A stretch of 64,000 nucleotides of DNA from Blasia pusilla (Eukaryota): NCBI GenBank assembly GCA_050084515.1, contig CM114271.1, positions 34,596,001-34,660,000 of the forward strand. Direction: 5' to 3'. Numbering within the stretch: position 1 is the first letter of the stretch; each line of letters opens with the position of its first letter. Below the pieces are notes generated by a model. The model saw nothing but the letters and a program-made list of their open reading frames with translations. It was not told the DNA's origin and did no database searches. Shown in pieces: positions 1 through 13,650 of this stretch. The position numbers and the translations under genes are program-made.

Positions 1-3000
1 TATCATGGGTGCGCTTAAATCAGAAGGAGTTGAGGGCTGAATTATATCAAGGTGTAAAGGATGCCATGCATCAATAAGATGCGGATAGCCAAAGGCTTAG
101 GGAGACGCATTATATTACCTTCTTCTTTTACTGGAGGGCCACGTCATATGCATCAATTGTATCAAGATGCAATGGCAATTGTACGACATTTGGGGAAGCC
201 TGACTACTTCTTAACCATGACATGCAATCCAAAGTGCGAGGAGATTACATCAGCCCTATTATCTGGCCAATCACTGCAGACCGACTAGATTTGGTCGTGC
301 GGGTTTTTGAGAAGAAAAAGAAGGACTTGTTACGACTTATCATCAAGAAGGAGATATTGGGCTGAGTTGTAGGATGCATCCATGTGGTGGAATTCCAAAA
401 AAGAGGATTACCGCATATGCATGTCCTTATTATTTTAGGTCATGAGGATAAATCACGTACCATAATTGATTATGATCGTATCATTTTACTTGAAATCCCT
501 TATCAATCTACCCATCCAAGGTTATATTCTATCGTTGCTAATTGCATGGTTCACGGGCCATGTGGACCATTAAATCCAAATGCTCCGTGTATGGATAAGG
601 AAACAAAAAAACGTATAAAAGGCTATCCTAAAGCTTTTGCGGCCAACACTACCAAAACAAAAGTTGGTTATCCAATATATCGTAGGTAAGGATCATTTTA
701 TTTCTAAGGCATATGTATTCATGATTCCTTCCAATACCTTCATTCATGATTAATTACGATTATTATTGTGTTTTTGTAGATTGGAGAATGGAAGGGCGAT
801 AAGTAAGAGCAAACATTCATTGGATAATCATTTGGTTTTGCCTTACAATCCGATGTTATGCACCTTATTCGATTGTCACATTAATTTGGAGATTATAAGT
901 AGTGTTTCTGTTGTCAAGTACTTATACAAATATGTTTATAAAGGAGCTGATGTTGTGTCATTTAAGTTGTCAAAGGATATGGATACATCCAATGTAATTG
1001 AAGTTATTGACGAGACAACGTGATATCTTGATGCGATGTATGATTTTATGGATTGACTTCTATGATGCATTATACTTTATTTCTCAACTTCATGTGATTG
1101 TCCTTACTCAAATACTTGGAATTCTCATTATTCCAAATATATATCTTCTTGGGAGGCATGTTGGGATCTCTTTAAGTTTAGTCTACATGCCGAACTTCCA
1201 AGTATCGTTCGACTGGCAGTCCATCTTCCGACACAACAATTAGTCTACTTCAATGATGTTGACGCTCTTGGAGATATTTTGCAACTAAAAAGAGAGGCAA
1301 CATTGATCCAATGGTTTGCAACCAATCTATCTGACTCTAGTGCTCGACAATATCTATACATAGATTTTCTTGCTTATTATCGTTGAAGTAACAAGAGGTG
1401 GATTCGTAGGGTACAAAAACAAAATGGTTGTGGCCATCCCATTGGTCGCTTATACCTTACTCATCCAAGTAAATGCTCACAACTTCTTTGTATATAATTT
1501 CTTTTATATTCCACCTCTAAAGCGATGTATCTATATGTTGGGATAAACTCATTTAGTTTAATTCCTCGTAGGTGAAGGAGAACATCATTGGTTGAGATGA
1601 CTTCTCCATCATGTTCGAGGAGCAACTACGTATGAATGTTTGAGAACTGTTAATGGGTTATTATGTCCAACATTCAAGGAGGCTTCTATCCAATTGGGAC
1701 TTCTTGAGGATGATAGGGAAGTGTTCTCTTGCTTTGAAGAAGCTTCTACAATTTGTATAGGTTCTTCACTTTGTCGCCTATTTGTAATTATTCTAGCGTA
1801 CAACACATTTGCTCAATCTACAACACTTTGGAGTCAATTATTGGTTCCAATGGTAGAAGATCTCTTATATGAAGGGCGTCTAGTAAGAATTCATTAATAC
1901 CCTTGCATCATTTTTTTTATTCTTAATAGTATCTTCTATTGAGCATTCAACAATCTAACCAATTTTGGGTTATCATCCTATTTTGTAGAAAATTGGAATT
2001 CTGAATCTTCCCATTGAAGATGCTATGGTTAATACTGCATTGTTGGAAGTCCATTATTATTTACAAGATCAAGGACAAAGATTGTCTGACTTTCAAGACA
2101 TGCCCCAACTTGACTTCTAATGACTTCAATCAAATTCATATTTGGAGGAACAAGAGCTATTGTATGATACGAAAGAACTATTTGAGCAAGTGCAATTGGG
2201 AGAACCGTGTCTAAATGAAGGACAACGTATTATTTGGGATGCTATATATGATGAGCTTGATAAAATATGCTTGGATGCTCCACCATCTCCAAAAAAATTT
2301 CATCGATGGCCCAGGTGGAACGGGAAAAACTTTTTTATATAATCTTCTTCTTGCAAGTGTAAGGAATGCAAGAGGTATAGTTTTGGCTGTGGCGTCATCT
2401 GGAATAGTTGCTCTATTGTTAGACGGAGGACGTATTGCACATTCGCGATTCAAAATTCCCATCAATCTTCATGAGAGCTCTACTTGCAAATAAGTGCCAA
2501 TTCTGGTGATGCACAAATTTTCATTTCCTCCAATTTTGGTGGCACAAGTTATAGTTTACTCCCCTTTTCTTATTGTAGTTTATCGGTTAATAGTGACGGA
2601 GCGCGCTTAATCCGTGATGCAATGCTTATTATATGGGACGAAGCTCCTATGGCTTATCGTCACGCATTTGAGGCTGTAAATCAAACTTTACATGATATTA
2701 TGGGATTTGTTTATGATGAACACTGAAAATTACTATTTGGTGGAAAACTTATGGTATTTGGTGGTGATTTTCGTCAAGTGTTGCCTGTTGTTCGTCATGG
2801 AGATCGGCCGTAAATCATCCAAGCCACCATATAGAGGTCATGTCTTTGGTCTAATGTAATGGTCATGAAGTTTACTATAAGCATGTGAGTTCAAAGGTTG
2901 GAAGGTCACTTGCGTAGTGAACAACAAGCTTTTGCTGATTGGTTATTAGAAGTGGGAGAGGGTCGTGTACCTTTGCATCCACATTTGGGAGAAGACTTTA

Positions 3001-3940
3001 TACAATTACCATCTAAAATTATTACTAGAAGTAATAAGATATGTAATCTTATTGATTTGATGTATGGAAAATTTCCATCCGAATTCAATGACATTGATTT
3101 CTTGAGAGATACGGAAATTTTGACTCTGAGAAATAAAGATGTAGATGACATAAATGCAAGCGTAATGTCGCGGTTTCCAGGAGAGGTAATCCCTTTATCT
3201 TTTATAAAATAATTATTCAATTACAAGTTTGAATATTAATATTACCTTTTCTTACAAACTCATTATATTTTGTGTACAGGAGCAAGTTTACCTCAACGTT
3301 GACTCTATTCCAAATGAGGGGATGACCATATATATCCAACACAATTTTTGAACACATGCTTGCCTTCAAGACTTCCTCCGCATTGATTGTGTTTGAACAT
3401 TGGGGCACCAATTATGCTATTACGAAATATGAATGGAGCACATGGACAAGCAAACGGGACAATATTGGTGATTCATGGATTTATGCAATATTGCATAGAT
3501 GCTAAAATTATCAGAGGGAAGAATATTGGAGATCAAATTTTTGTTCCACGTATCCCATTGATTGCCTCAGATTCAGGTTTGCCATTTGATTTACGTAGGT
3601 TTCAATTTCCTATTCGACCGGCTTTTGCTATGACTATCAATAAGTCCCAAGGTCAAACATTGCAAAAGGTGGGCATTTACTTGCCTACTCCAATATTTTC
3701 TCATGGCTAATTGTATGTAGCATTATCTAGAGTGGGGAAGAGAATTTCTATCCATATTACAATTGGAAGCGATGAACATTCAAATAAGGAAGGTGACTAT
3801 ACACGGAATGTAGTATAAAAAGAAATATTTGGATAAAATAAATATTTAAAAATCATATCATAAAAATATGATTCCTTCTTGCCTATTTGCATCTTTCGTA
3901 TTCCCTCTTACACTGGTGCATTGCACAGGCACCTTACTAG
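1..3940 (+). mobile_element. Helitron, 3' part: degenerate RepHel (HUH Rep + PIF1-like helicase) with intact 3' terminus; 5' part lies outside the window
   Basis: Rep motifs SFTGGPRHM..YQDAMAIVR..GKPDYFLTMTCNP, VEFQKRGLPHMH (HUH) and YLYKYVYKG. Helicase motifs FIDGPGGTGKT, IWDEAPM and FAMTINKSQGQTL. Many stops and frameshifts. Ends in hairpin GTGCA-T-TGCAC followed by GGCACCTTACTAG|T (CTAG at 3937-3940). Confidence 0.93.
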
Positions 3941-3987
3941 TATCCTATAATTCACAATCACTCAAAATATCTCACAATATGCACACA

Positions 3988-3990
<3 letters not shown>

Positions 3991-4044
<54 letters not shown>
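3991..4044. repeat. (TC)n microsatellite
   Basis: About 27 perfect TC units. Confidence 0.97.
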
Positions 4045-4047
<3 letters not shown>

Positions 4048-4390
4048 AAACCAAACCCACTCTCCTAATGAGAGGCTTGGGTTACTCATAAGGCAAGGAG
4101 GACCATAGCTCTGCCACCTCATGCCAAGAGGTTCAAAAAAGAGAGAATGAGTTCCAAAGCTTTCTCTCCTTGGGTATATCCCCCTTTTCTCTCCTAAGCT
4201 CTCTCAATGGTAACCTATGCTCGTAGGTCATCTCCTTAGCTCTTGCCTTGTTGTAGATGATTAAATGAAACTTTCTAAAGTAGAAAATTAACTCCACTCT
4301 TAATGATGACTTACCAAAAATAACAAGTTCATATATATAGCTTTAAATGAGCGGAGATGAAGGAAAATTTGCTCTCTCAGTTTACCGTTT
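4045..4390 (+). repeat. Dispersed repeat, probably an LTR fragment (copy 1 of 3)
   Basis: GTCAAACCAAACCCAC..CCTAATGAGAG..TTGGGTTAC..AAGGCAAGG..GACCATAG..CAAGAGGTTCAA is also found at 53661 (+) and inverted at ~34178-34352. Confidence 0.7.
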
Positions 4391-6205
4391 TTCATCACAA
4401 AATTTGGCTATCCACCGATACAAAAAATCCCTTTGCCCCTATCTCTTTCTCATGTAGAATCCAAGAAAATATGATACACATGACAAACTCCACTCTGAAT
4501 AATACAAATCTTCATCAAGCCATCTTCACCCTTCGACTTAAGGGAATACAAACTCCAACAATCATAGCTCCTATGAAACTCTAAAACAAAGAGTATACTT
4601 AAGTTTTGTTGGGTTCAACATATGAAAGATGGGTCTTGAAAGCCATCTCATCCCCTCACATACCCTTAGGAGGAGACAAAATATCCATCCTCCAAATAAA
4701 GAAAAAATTGGTACCCAACGCACAAAGGTTATTATGTGATTGTTGACTAAATCAATAGGTTGCTTGAATCGAAATAGAAAGACAGTTATTTTTTTGAAAC
4801 GTTAATCTCGATACAACAGAGATGTAACCAATCTTATCCAAGCACTCATGATAAAGCTTACCAACTTTGATGTGATATTCTTATATATAATATGTGCTTC
4901 TTCCCCTTCCTTCAATTTAATTTGATGGAGGTGAGAGAAACTTCTCATGCTATGGAATATATGCAAGAGTGAGATGGTGTCTCCTTACAACAATACTTGG
5001 GTATTATGTCATTGATATGTATATTAGTAAGAGTGTTCCATTATTGGCATCCCTGAGTTTTATTTTCTATTTGCTCCGTCTACGAGAAAGATTTATAGGC
5101 CAAATTTAGTTTATTATAGTATAAAATTATAGTTGTAACCTTAATTTTATAGCAATTAATCATAGGATGTCTTGATGACATGAATAAGCACCATCCTTTT
5201 AGTAGAGTTAGTTTTGCATGTTGTACGTTATTAGGGACCTACAAATCACAACTCAAAGAGGCCAAGGACTATTCTTAAATTTGAATATGTTTTTATTATA
5301 ATTATCGTATCGTGAAAAAGTGGATGCAAAGATGCCAACGAATTGAATTTAAATTAACTGATCCCAATGTCCATTTGATATAAGTTCACCCTCTACTTGC
5401 TCCAATCCAAAATACCACTTGACATGCCCCCATGGAGTATTGATCCTGATACTCGCTCTTAAGATAATTAGATGGTTAGTACTAACCATTGTTCTTCATC
5501 ATAATTGTGTATAAAAATAATGAGAATTTTATTCATGACCACATCCACAACATTTGAAAGGATTTGTTTCATGAATTCCTTCAAGCAAACACATCATAAC
5601 CTTTTTCTTGGACCATATTGTACTCTTCAAAGCTTCATAATCCATCCTTGCAATACCAACATGACATGGTTTCTCGAAAAAATATAATAGAATGAATAAG
5701 ACTTAGCCTCAACCCTATGGTAGAAGTTATCATCTCATTCCTCTTCCACTTTATGTTTAACTCCCCAAAAGTAATATGTTGGGAGGATAATATTTATACT
5801 TGTCCTTGGTTTCGTACTAATCTAGGTTTTAGTGTATGCATGCACTAAGTCTTCTTGAGAGTACTTCTTGTATGCATTCCCTTTGTTAGTTTGCCTTTCA
5901 ATGCCTTCCTATAACTTGTCTCACATACCAATGTAGACTTGTGTGATGAGGTGAGACCTTCCATAATTAAAAGTACTAGTTCAAGTTTTCATATAATTTA
6001 AGTTTGAAAATTGAGAAAGCATTGGATTACTTGAATAACACACTTCTTACTTCTGTCGCTGAGTAACCGCAGTCGCGCTAAGTTCTGATCGTGGTTCGAT
6101 AAGAACCACACGTCGCTTGTTTCCGCGACCAGGAGCGCGAAAATGATGAGATACTGCAGCAGTCGTGTTACCCAAGCGATTCGATACATTGTAAGGACTC
6201 TCCAG

Positions 6206-6336
6206 TAACTGCGTAGATGTTAACGACGTAGAGCCACTCTTTAATAACTGCGTATATGGTAACGATGTAGAGCCCCTATTTAATAACTGGGTAGATGGTA
6301 GCGACGTAGAGCTACTCTTTAATAACTGCGTAGATG
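6206..6336. repeat. 39-bp tandem minisatellite (~3.4 copies)
   Basis: Unit TAACTGCGTAGATGTTAACGACGTAGAGCCACTCTTTAA recurs at 6206, 6245, 6284 and 6323 (partial). Confidence 0.9.
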
Positions 6337-6671
6337 ATAGACTGAGTTTAGTAAGTTCCTCTGTCCACCTCTTCCGGCGAAAAACGAGATTGACCACAGT
6401 CTGACGAACGTCACTAACTTCGTGATGAGACTACAGTGGAACGAATGTCCACGAACTGCGTAGATAGTCGACTCGTGGGCCTGAACCACATCCTGACGCT
6501 CCATGCTTTGTTTGACGGGTCTGGTCTGAACCCTAATGCGTGTCTTCCCCGCTCCTAGGAAGCTCTGTTCCTCATTTTCAAGTAAGGCTCTGTGCATACG
6601 ATCGATCTTGTCTCTCGGAGTTGCCAGGATTTTATTCAGTTTGTGGAAGGTGACCAGAGCATCGGGGCACC

Positions 6672-9600
6672 ATGAGTAGCATCGGAACCGGGGTAATTGT
6701 CTCTGGATTTTGATGTGGTCGGACGTTTTAAGTGGAAGATCACGATTAGTTTCGTGGCGTTCAGTGCAACAATTGGTTCAAGTTTGTCCGTGCCACGATT
6801 GGAAGTGTGTGAGCTGTGGATGATATTTTTCTTGGCTGTAGCTTGCAAATGAGGCAGTTGATCTCTGTGTCCCACGGGCAAATTTCTTGCCTAATTTATC
6901 GGGCTGTTTCATTGACAGTATGATTTGTCGGTCACTACATTTTCTCCTGATGGACGCGTTTTCCAAATAGAGTATGCCACCAAGGCCATCGACAACAGCG
7001 GGTACGTTACATGAGTTTCGCACAACAATGGTAACTGCGCGGTCCTTTTTAAGGGGTCGTCGATACGCCATTCTATCTGGATTTGTTGCCCATGATTTGA
7101 GACCAGCCTGAATCCCTTTGCCTACCTGCTTCCCGGACGATCTATGATCCGTAATTTAGTGCAAATTGCTGCTGCTTCTTTCCAGAATTAGTCACGTGTT
7201 GAAATACGCAACTGACTAGTTACTCCTCCGGGTGGCGTGTCCAGAACGGTTGTGGGCATCAAGTGCAAGGATGGCATTGTCCTGGTGAGCTCCAATTGCC
7301 CTAATTTCGAAGGATGGAGTGCTTCATTTGGTGTTCCCACGTGCCAGGCGATTTAGCTGTTTTCTCATGTTTTGATTATCTTTTTACTTCGTGAGCTTCG
7401 AAGGGAAGAAATGTCAGTTGATTTTGCAGGCCAAACAGTACTTACATGCACATGAAAGTGTCGTGCCGTTTGTTATTTATTGGTCGTAATGCAATCCCGT
7501 TAATGGAGCAGGGAGTGGAGAAGCTTATTGCATCAAAGATGTTACTCGAAGGATCCAACAGGAGAATTCATTCCGTGAATCGCCATTCTGGCATGGTTAG
7601 TTACTTATTAGAAACCTCAAACGAATGACGATTGATGAATTTTACAGAAGTATGATGAGCACATTGAAAGTATTTCATTAACAAGACGGCTGCTACGCCT
7701 GTCACATGTTTTGTATTCCGGAGAGGGTTTCATATACCCTTTTGCAACAATCTTAGGAAACTCTTTTCAGCTGGTACTTCTTCATTTGATTGCACCTCAT
7801 GTTTTGCTCTCAAGGTTGCATATTTCTTTCAACGCTAATCTACTAGGTTTGCCCAACGAAAGAATTTAGTCACTGGCTGAAAATGGGTGACACTGCTCCT
7901 GTAACCTAATTTCCATGTATGCATCACTGTTCGGAAATCTTCCAGGCAATCGCTGGGTTGGCTGCTGATGGCCGGCAGATTGTAAGTCGAGCTAGAGCAG
8001 AAGCTGCAAATTACCTCAGGTTGGTGTTACTGGTTGCTCCTTTCTTTGATGGAACTTCTGTAAGTTTGCTCGTGTCCTTCAACCGAAAAGATAATTTTTG
8101 ACGTTAAAGACATAACAGTTGCAAAAGACCCGTTGGCTGCTTTTTTGTGATATCTCTATTCATGCTTTTATCTTCCCTTTCAAATTTCATAGCTCTATGA
8201 CTTTTGGTGCACCTACAAGAGAATGTAATAAAGGTATGGGGGACAGTTCTCATTCTTTCTTTGTTACTTGCAGCTTCTATGGTGAGGAGATTCCTACCAA
8301 AGAGTTGTGTGACAGAGTTGCCTACTATGTGCACTTGTGTACACTGTACTGGTGGCTCCGGTTGGTTTCCTCCCCTGGATCATTCTAGTCATAGCCATGC
8401 AAGAATTCTGACTTACTTTATGTGTCATTCGTCACCATATTACTCCAACACACAAGGCTGAGAGGGAGCCTTGGAGCGTGACACTAGAATATTGTCCACA
8501 GAAAGTCCTCTTTTTGATTCTCAAGGTGTTTTGCCAAGTAAGTTGGAGTTGTTGGTTGAGAGTTTTGGAATGAAGGAAACTGGTTACTGCAGTTGGACTC
8601 AGACTCCCTAGTCATTTACATGCAGGCCCTATGGTTCTGCAGCTATTTTGGGTGGTTATGACCGGGATGGTCCTCAATTGTATATGATCGAGCCTTCAGG
8701 TGTTGCATATGTAAGCCCTTCAACCTTTTTTCCTCTAATACTGCAGAGGAAGGTCAATAAACTGTGTTCAGTTGGTTGTGTCCATTCTTGTTGCTTCAAA
8801 ATCTTTTGGTTTCTAGCTGTTTTAATCTCCTTCCCCGTTTTAAAGATGATCTGAACACAGTAGTGAAATGATTGATTAGTATTCATTCTCATGAAGCCTT
8901 AAGTTTCAACTTTGTTGCCATCATGTCCAGCGTTACTTCGGTGCAGCAGTTGGCAAGGGAAGGCAAGCAGCTAAGACGTGAGTGTATCTTTTCTTTTCTT
9001 TTCTTTGGTTAAAAAAAGAGGATGCTTTGCTTGAAAGTTAAGCATGCAAATCACAGGGATATGTTGTACAAGGATTTTTTTTTAATAATTAGCTGTGGTT
9101 GTCACCAAACATAATTGTCTTGAAAAGTGGGAATATTTGTTCACAGGGAAATTGAGAAGCTGAAGCTGTCGGAGATGACATGCCGGGAAGGTGTCATTGC
9201 CGTTGCTAAGATGTAAGCGTGTATATTCTGTGCTTGATGTTGTGTTAGACAGTTGCTACTCTCAAGGAGTTGGTTTGTCTGCATTAAATTTATGCACACC
9301 ATATCACCGAGGACCTGCAAGTGCACAAAGTGATCCAAATTGTACTAATTTTGCAGAATATACAATGTACATGATGAAGCTAAGGATAAAGCTTTTGAGC
9401 TAGAAATGAGCTGGATATGTGATGAGTCAAAGCGAGAGCATCAACGGGTGACTGCTCCTCAACCTTTTTTGGATAGGTCCTTTCTGTGGGTAGTCTGTTC
9501 TCTTTGAGTGGAGGGAATACCATTTTCCACTCATTTGGAGTGGAAAGGAATGGCGAAGAAATGGTCATTATGGTTTGTGCCAAGAAGCTTCGTAAATGTT

Positions 9601-9724
9601 GTTGAATTCACCTATCTTGCTCTCAATGCTGGAGTTGGGTACTATGCAGGTGCCTGCGGATCTTCTGGCTGAAGCAAAGGCGATTGCTAAAGCTGCCCAA
9701 GAAGAGGACATGGATGCTGACTAA
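6672..9724 (+). CDS. PAG1: 20S proteasome subunit alpha type-3 (alpha-7), 11 exons, 250 aa
   Basis: Exons 6672-6692, 6919-7001, 7245-7284, 7512-7595, 7946-8019, 8274-8360, 8626-8710, 8931-8977, 9147-9212, 9357-9447 and 9650-9724, all GT-AG and in frame (753 nt). Protein: [27 protein letters not shown]...[16 protein letters not shown]...[11 protein letters not shown]...[15 protein letters not shown]...EEDMDAD*. Confidence 0.96.
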
Positions 9725-11492
9725 ATGACAGTGGCCAGGCTTTGAGATGTGTTGAGTCCCAGATTGCTCTGCCCCACTGGATCAGAAGTGTGTCTAACCA
9801 TTTGATGGTGGCTAACATCTTGGACCTGCATTCTCCAACTGAATAAGCCATGTCATACAAGTGTGAGTCACCTTTAATTGGTGTGCTGGTTGATGGCAAG
9901 TTTCCATATCATGTTGACTTAGTGAGCTGACAATTACAAAGATCTGAAAACTTCCCATCTGATGGTAGAAGTTGCTCTGGATACCGTTTTCAATGTACCA
10001 TCTGGTTGACATACATATCCTTGGCATTTTCAGGAGTTGCCATTACTGCTATTCCCTGTGGAAAGTGTCCAACCCAAGATGTAACTGTATCAGGAGCTAT
10101 GCTCGACATTCTGCTTCTTGTATAGCAAACAAACTAGGTATCTTCAAAGTAAATTTTGATCTAGAATTTTACGAATGGACAGCTGACTGGGTTTTGATAC
10201 CGAATGAGTTTCGACTCGTAGAGACCAATTTTCACACTTGACTGTAGTCTTCAAAGTCGGTTATCCACCACGTGGGGGTCGTTTGAGTAATAGCTCACTC
10301 TGTTCTGGGAGATTGATAATGGAGTTTGGGGAGAGAGTAATGGAGTGAGATGGAGCACCAAAATGCTGGAGTGACATGCAGCACACTGGGAAGAGTTCGT
10401 TGGAACATCTGCATAAAATTCTTGCCCATACACATGGATGTGATGTAGTTATTGGATGCGTAATAGTATTTGAATTTGAGAAGAACTAGATTGTGTAGCT
10501 GTACACTGAATCGTCCAGTAAAACATAAGCTTTTCCACTTTAAGTTATTGGCAGTTAGATAGTAATCCTGTCCCAAGATCAATCAATGTCCTATCCAATG
10601 TCAATCATTGGGAAGTGGTCTGTAAGCTATCCTACCTGAACATTTAGGTGGGAAATCTGCAATGTCACATACCCATCCCGTCTCTATTGGAAACCAGTTG
10701 TAGTGTCCGTCTCAAAATCCATGTCTTTATCCTGCTGGACTAACAAACATCCGTCATTGAGACAAGGCAGCCTAAACCAACACCTGTGATATTCAATGCT
10801 GCAATGGTGTCTGAAATCCAAATTCATCTGAATGCGAATTGGATGTGGGTTGGTTATGTCCGAAGTCCTATGGTGTTCTTGTTTGTCTCTGTTTACGAAA
10901 GTTTTTGTCAACAACTACAGTCGGGAAATTATATGATTTGATCAGCGGAAACTATAATTAGCAGCGCAGAAGTTGAACTAAAAAGTTACCAGTATCCTTC
11001 ACAATCCCATATTGTCACCAAACAAAAACTTCCTCTGAAGAAGCACCAGAAAGAAATTTGTTGGAAAGGGTGAGGAATTCCATAGTTGGACTTATCATAT
11101 TGACAGAAGCTGCGTGAAGATAATGGTAACGAGCACATGTTGCTCATAATTTGGACGGGGCTGAGATGGAAGTCTCTTTGTCTACGACCAGTGGAGTCAA
11201 ACGTATATCATGGAAGTCTACCGGACGCCTAGTTCCGTCCTGGGAGGTTCAATACTTCCGAAATGAGAATATGAGACAGTCAATGAAGTTTCCTTTCTCC
11301 TTCTCCCCCATCTATACAAGTGGCCCCTTCCTAAGTTTATTGTAGGTCACAAATAGGATTCATTCGTTAATCGTGTTCTTCTCTTATTCCATCTGTTCTC
11401 TAACTTAGAATGCAAATGTCCAATTTTTTAATTGAGACGTATAATTTTGAATTAACTATGTTATATTCGAACGACTTTATTGGTCCAGACCA

Positions 11493-11668
11493 CGAAGAGA
11501 TGAAGAGACATGCATCTAGGAGAGATGGTTTCGAAAGGGAAACACTTTCTTATAATGAGATAAATTAGTAAGGTGTCCGCGAAGAGATGAAGAGACATGC
11601 ATCTAGGAGAGATGGTTTCGAAATGGGAAACACTTTCTTATAATGAGATAAATTAGTAAGGTGTCCGC
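11493..11668. repeat. Tandem duplication of an 87/88-bp unit
   Basis: CGAAGAGATGAAGAGACATGCATCTAGG...TTAGTAAGGTGTCCG occurs twice back to back with one indel. Confidence 0.93.
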
Positions 11669-11786
11669 GTGATGCATGTGAAATTAAAAATCGTTTGTAG
11701 AGCTTTTGCTTGTGCCCCTAAATGCTAGTATCCGTGAAAAGAATAATGATCTTATGCATAAATTAAAATATTTTATTTTTCTTAGA
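11653..11786 (-). mobile_element. Putative ~134-bp non-autonomous mini-Helitron
   Basis: Minus strand reads A|TCTAAG...CACATGCATCACGCGGACACCTTACTAA|T: 5' TC, subterminal hairpin remnant, CTRR end and AT target. The terminus matches the Helitron end at 3929-3940. Confidence 0.6.
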
Positions 11787-12165
11787 TGTCAAACTTTTAA
11801 GAAGTGTTTGCGAATCAAAAGTCACTTTCCAAAACCACTTTTTACCATCCTGTGTTCAATCCTCATCCGGCGAACTTGCTCAAGACTCAAACAATCGAAG
11901 GCGCGTTTTTTTTTTCCCCGGTTTGAAAGTGATTCCGAGTGGACAAAATTCCGCAACAAATCGGTCAATAGACTAGCAGTAAGACAAGTGCGAGGGCTTT
12001 CCGCTCATGCGTCCTGATCCCCCTGATTGCAAGGAGAATTGAGGAAGAAATCAATGAAAGTCTTGGTAAGTTGGTAAGATCTGTGAATCTGTAGGGGCTA
12101 GCAGCAACTGTAGCATACCAGTGCTTCTTCCAAATTAATATTGCTCGTAGCAATGAGTGTTGGAA

Positions 12166-12198
12166 AAACGAGATTCACTCGACGAGTGAATCTCGTTT
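12166..12198. repeat. Perfect inverted repeat, 16-bp arms with 1-nt spacer
   Basis: AAACGAGATTCACTCG-A-CGAGTGAATCTCGTTT. Confidence 0.9.
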
Positions 12199-13650
12199 CA
12201 CTAATTGGTATGTGAAAAAAGGCCTGTAGCAATCCGTATTGGAGAAACTCAGCAAGGTGTGAATCTCCACGGAGATGGTAATCATTTTCCTGATTAAATC
12301 AGTGCGAGCCTTGTAGAAATCAGTGTCGGTTAAAATTGCAGCAAGCTGCGAATTTCCACAGATCTGAACAGTGCCTAAAAAATTCGTGGTTTCTTTCTCT
12401 ATTTTTCTGCTTGTTCATTTGCGGCTGTACGCATTTCAGTGGTTGGGGATGGGGGATGACAAGCTTTCCGTCCCCGGAACAGGCACTGTTGATGGTAGGA
12501 AATTGAGATCCAATTGGAAAATTGGAAGAGTGAGTCAGTCCCTGATCAGGTCAGTAGCCATAACCGCTACTTCTCAAGGTCATACACCTCTAAACCGATT
12601 GTCTCTCGGTTCTTGTGACGGAAAAGACTGATAAAGGGAACTGCTACCTGAGGACTTTATGAATACTCAGTATGTCCCACTGTTATCTCACAAATCTTTC
12701 ATGAGAATCGAGAACACCTTCCCTTGCATCTTTTCCTTTAATTCGGGGAGCCTAACGTATAAAGATTTGGGATGACGCAGCCGAAATCGCGATGCCGGAA
12801 ACGCAACGGGAGTGGTTGCTGTTCTTGCGGGCTCCTGATTCATTTTTCGCAAGAGATTCTTCTCTTCTTTCGTTTTCAACTGATTCGACTGATCTGCGGC
12901 CGTTTCTGGTCTTTCTTTCTTTCTGCTCCGTTGCACTCCCTTTCGCCTTCCCAACCGCCAGAGACCAGACATTTGTCTCTTCGGGCGCGTACTCTCTTTT
13001 TCGTCGTACCCTGCGACCGCTGTTTATCGACATCTGAGCCATAGATAAAGAATTCTCTGCACTCTCTCTGGACAAGAAGTCTCATTCATTCATTCTCTCT
13101 CCGCGTGGAGAGCCTAATTCTCGGGCATTGAGAGCATTTTCCGTTTCCCGCTCTCTCTCGGGGACGATCGCGACGAAGAGCAACACCTTTTCCGTGTCAG
13201 CTACAAGGACAACTCTACAAGGACTTTCCTTGATTTCCTCCTGGGTTCTGGCGTTAGTGTTCTCGATTTTATGTCAGTTGTGACTGTTAAATTCTTACAT
13301 CGGTCCGTAGTGCTAGGGCGGATGATCACCTGTAACGATTAGATTCGTGGGACTTCACCGACCTCCATGTGTGCGGCATGTTGTGTTCAGTTTGTCATGC
13401 TTTGTAAATCGAAGTGCCATGGCCCTCTCGGAACCTTGCTGGCAATCAAGCGCTTGGTGCAATTCTGATTCTCTCCGTGCGGAGGGAATCAGAATTGCAA
13501 TGCGATTATGTGAGGAAGGCCATTGCTCCTTTGCAGCACTCTCTCTCCGCGGAACATGTGGAATAAAAATGTGAGGACATAGCGTCATTTGCAGAAGTTG
13601 TCTGGAAAAACCAGACTCATAGTGCCGAATGATCGAGGCGTGGAGGGAAC

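Noticed and set aside
4600-6000. Possible transposase remnants in AT-rich intergenic DNA (also 54100-54730 and 59600-60800)
   Set aside because: Too decayed to identify any diagnostic motif by eye.
6206-6336. 39-bp periodic repeat as a CRISPR array, and the repetitive minus ORF 6047-6397 as a gene
   Set aside because: The units are contiguous with no unique spacers, there are no cas genes, and the context is eukaryotic. The ORF repeat just reflects a unit length divisible by 3.
12688-13085. Cluster of overlapping short ORFs on both strands
   Set aside because: CT-rich leader or promoter-type sequence upstream of TMC with no recognisable protein features.
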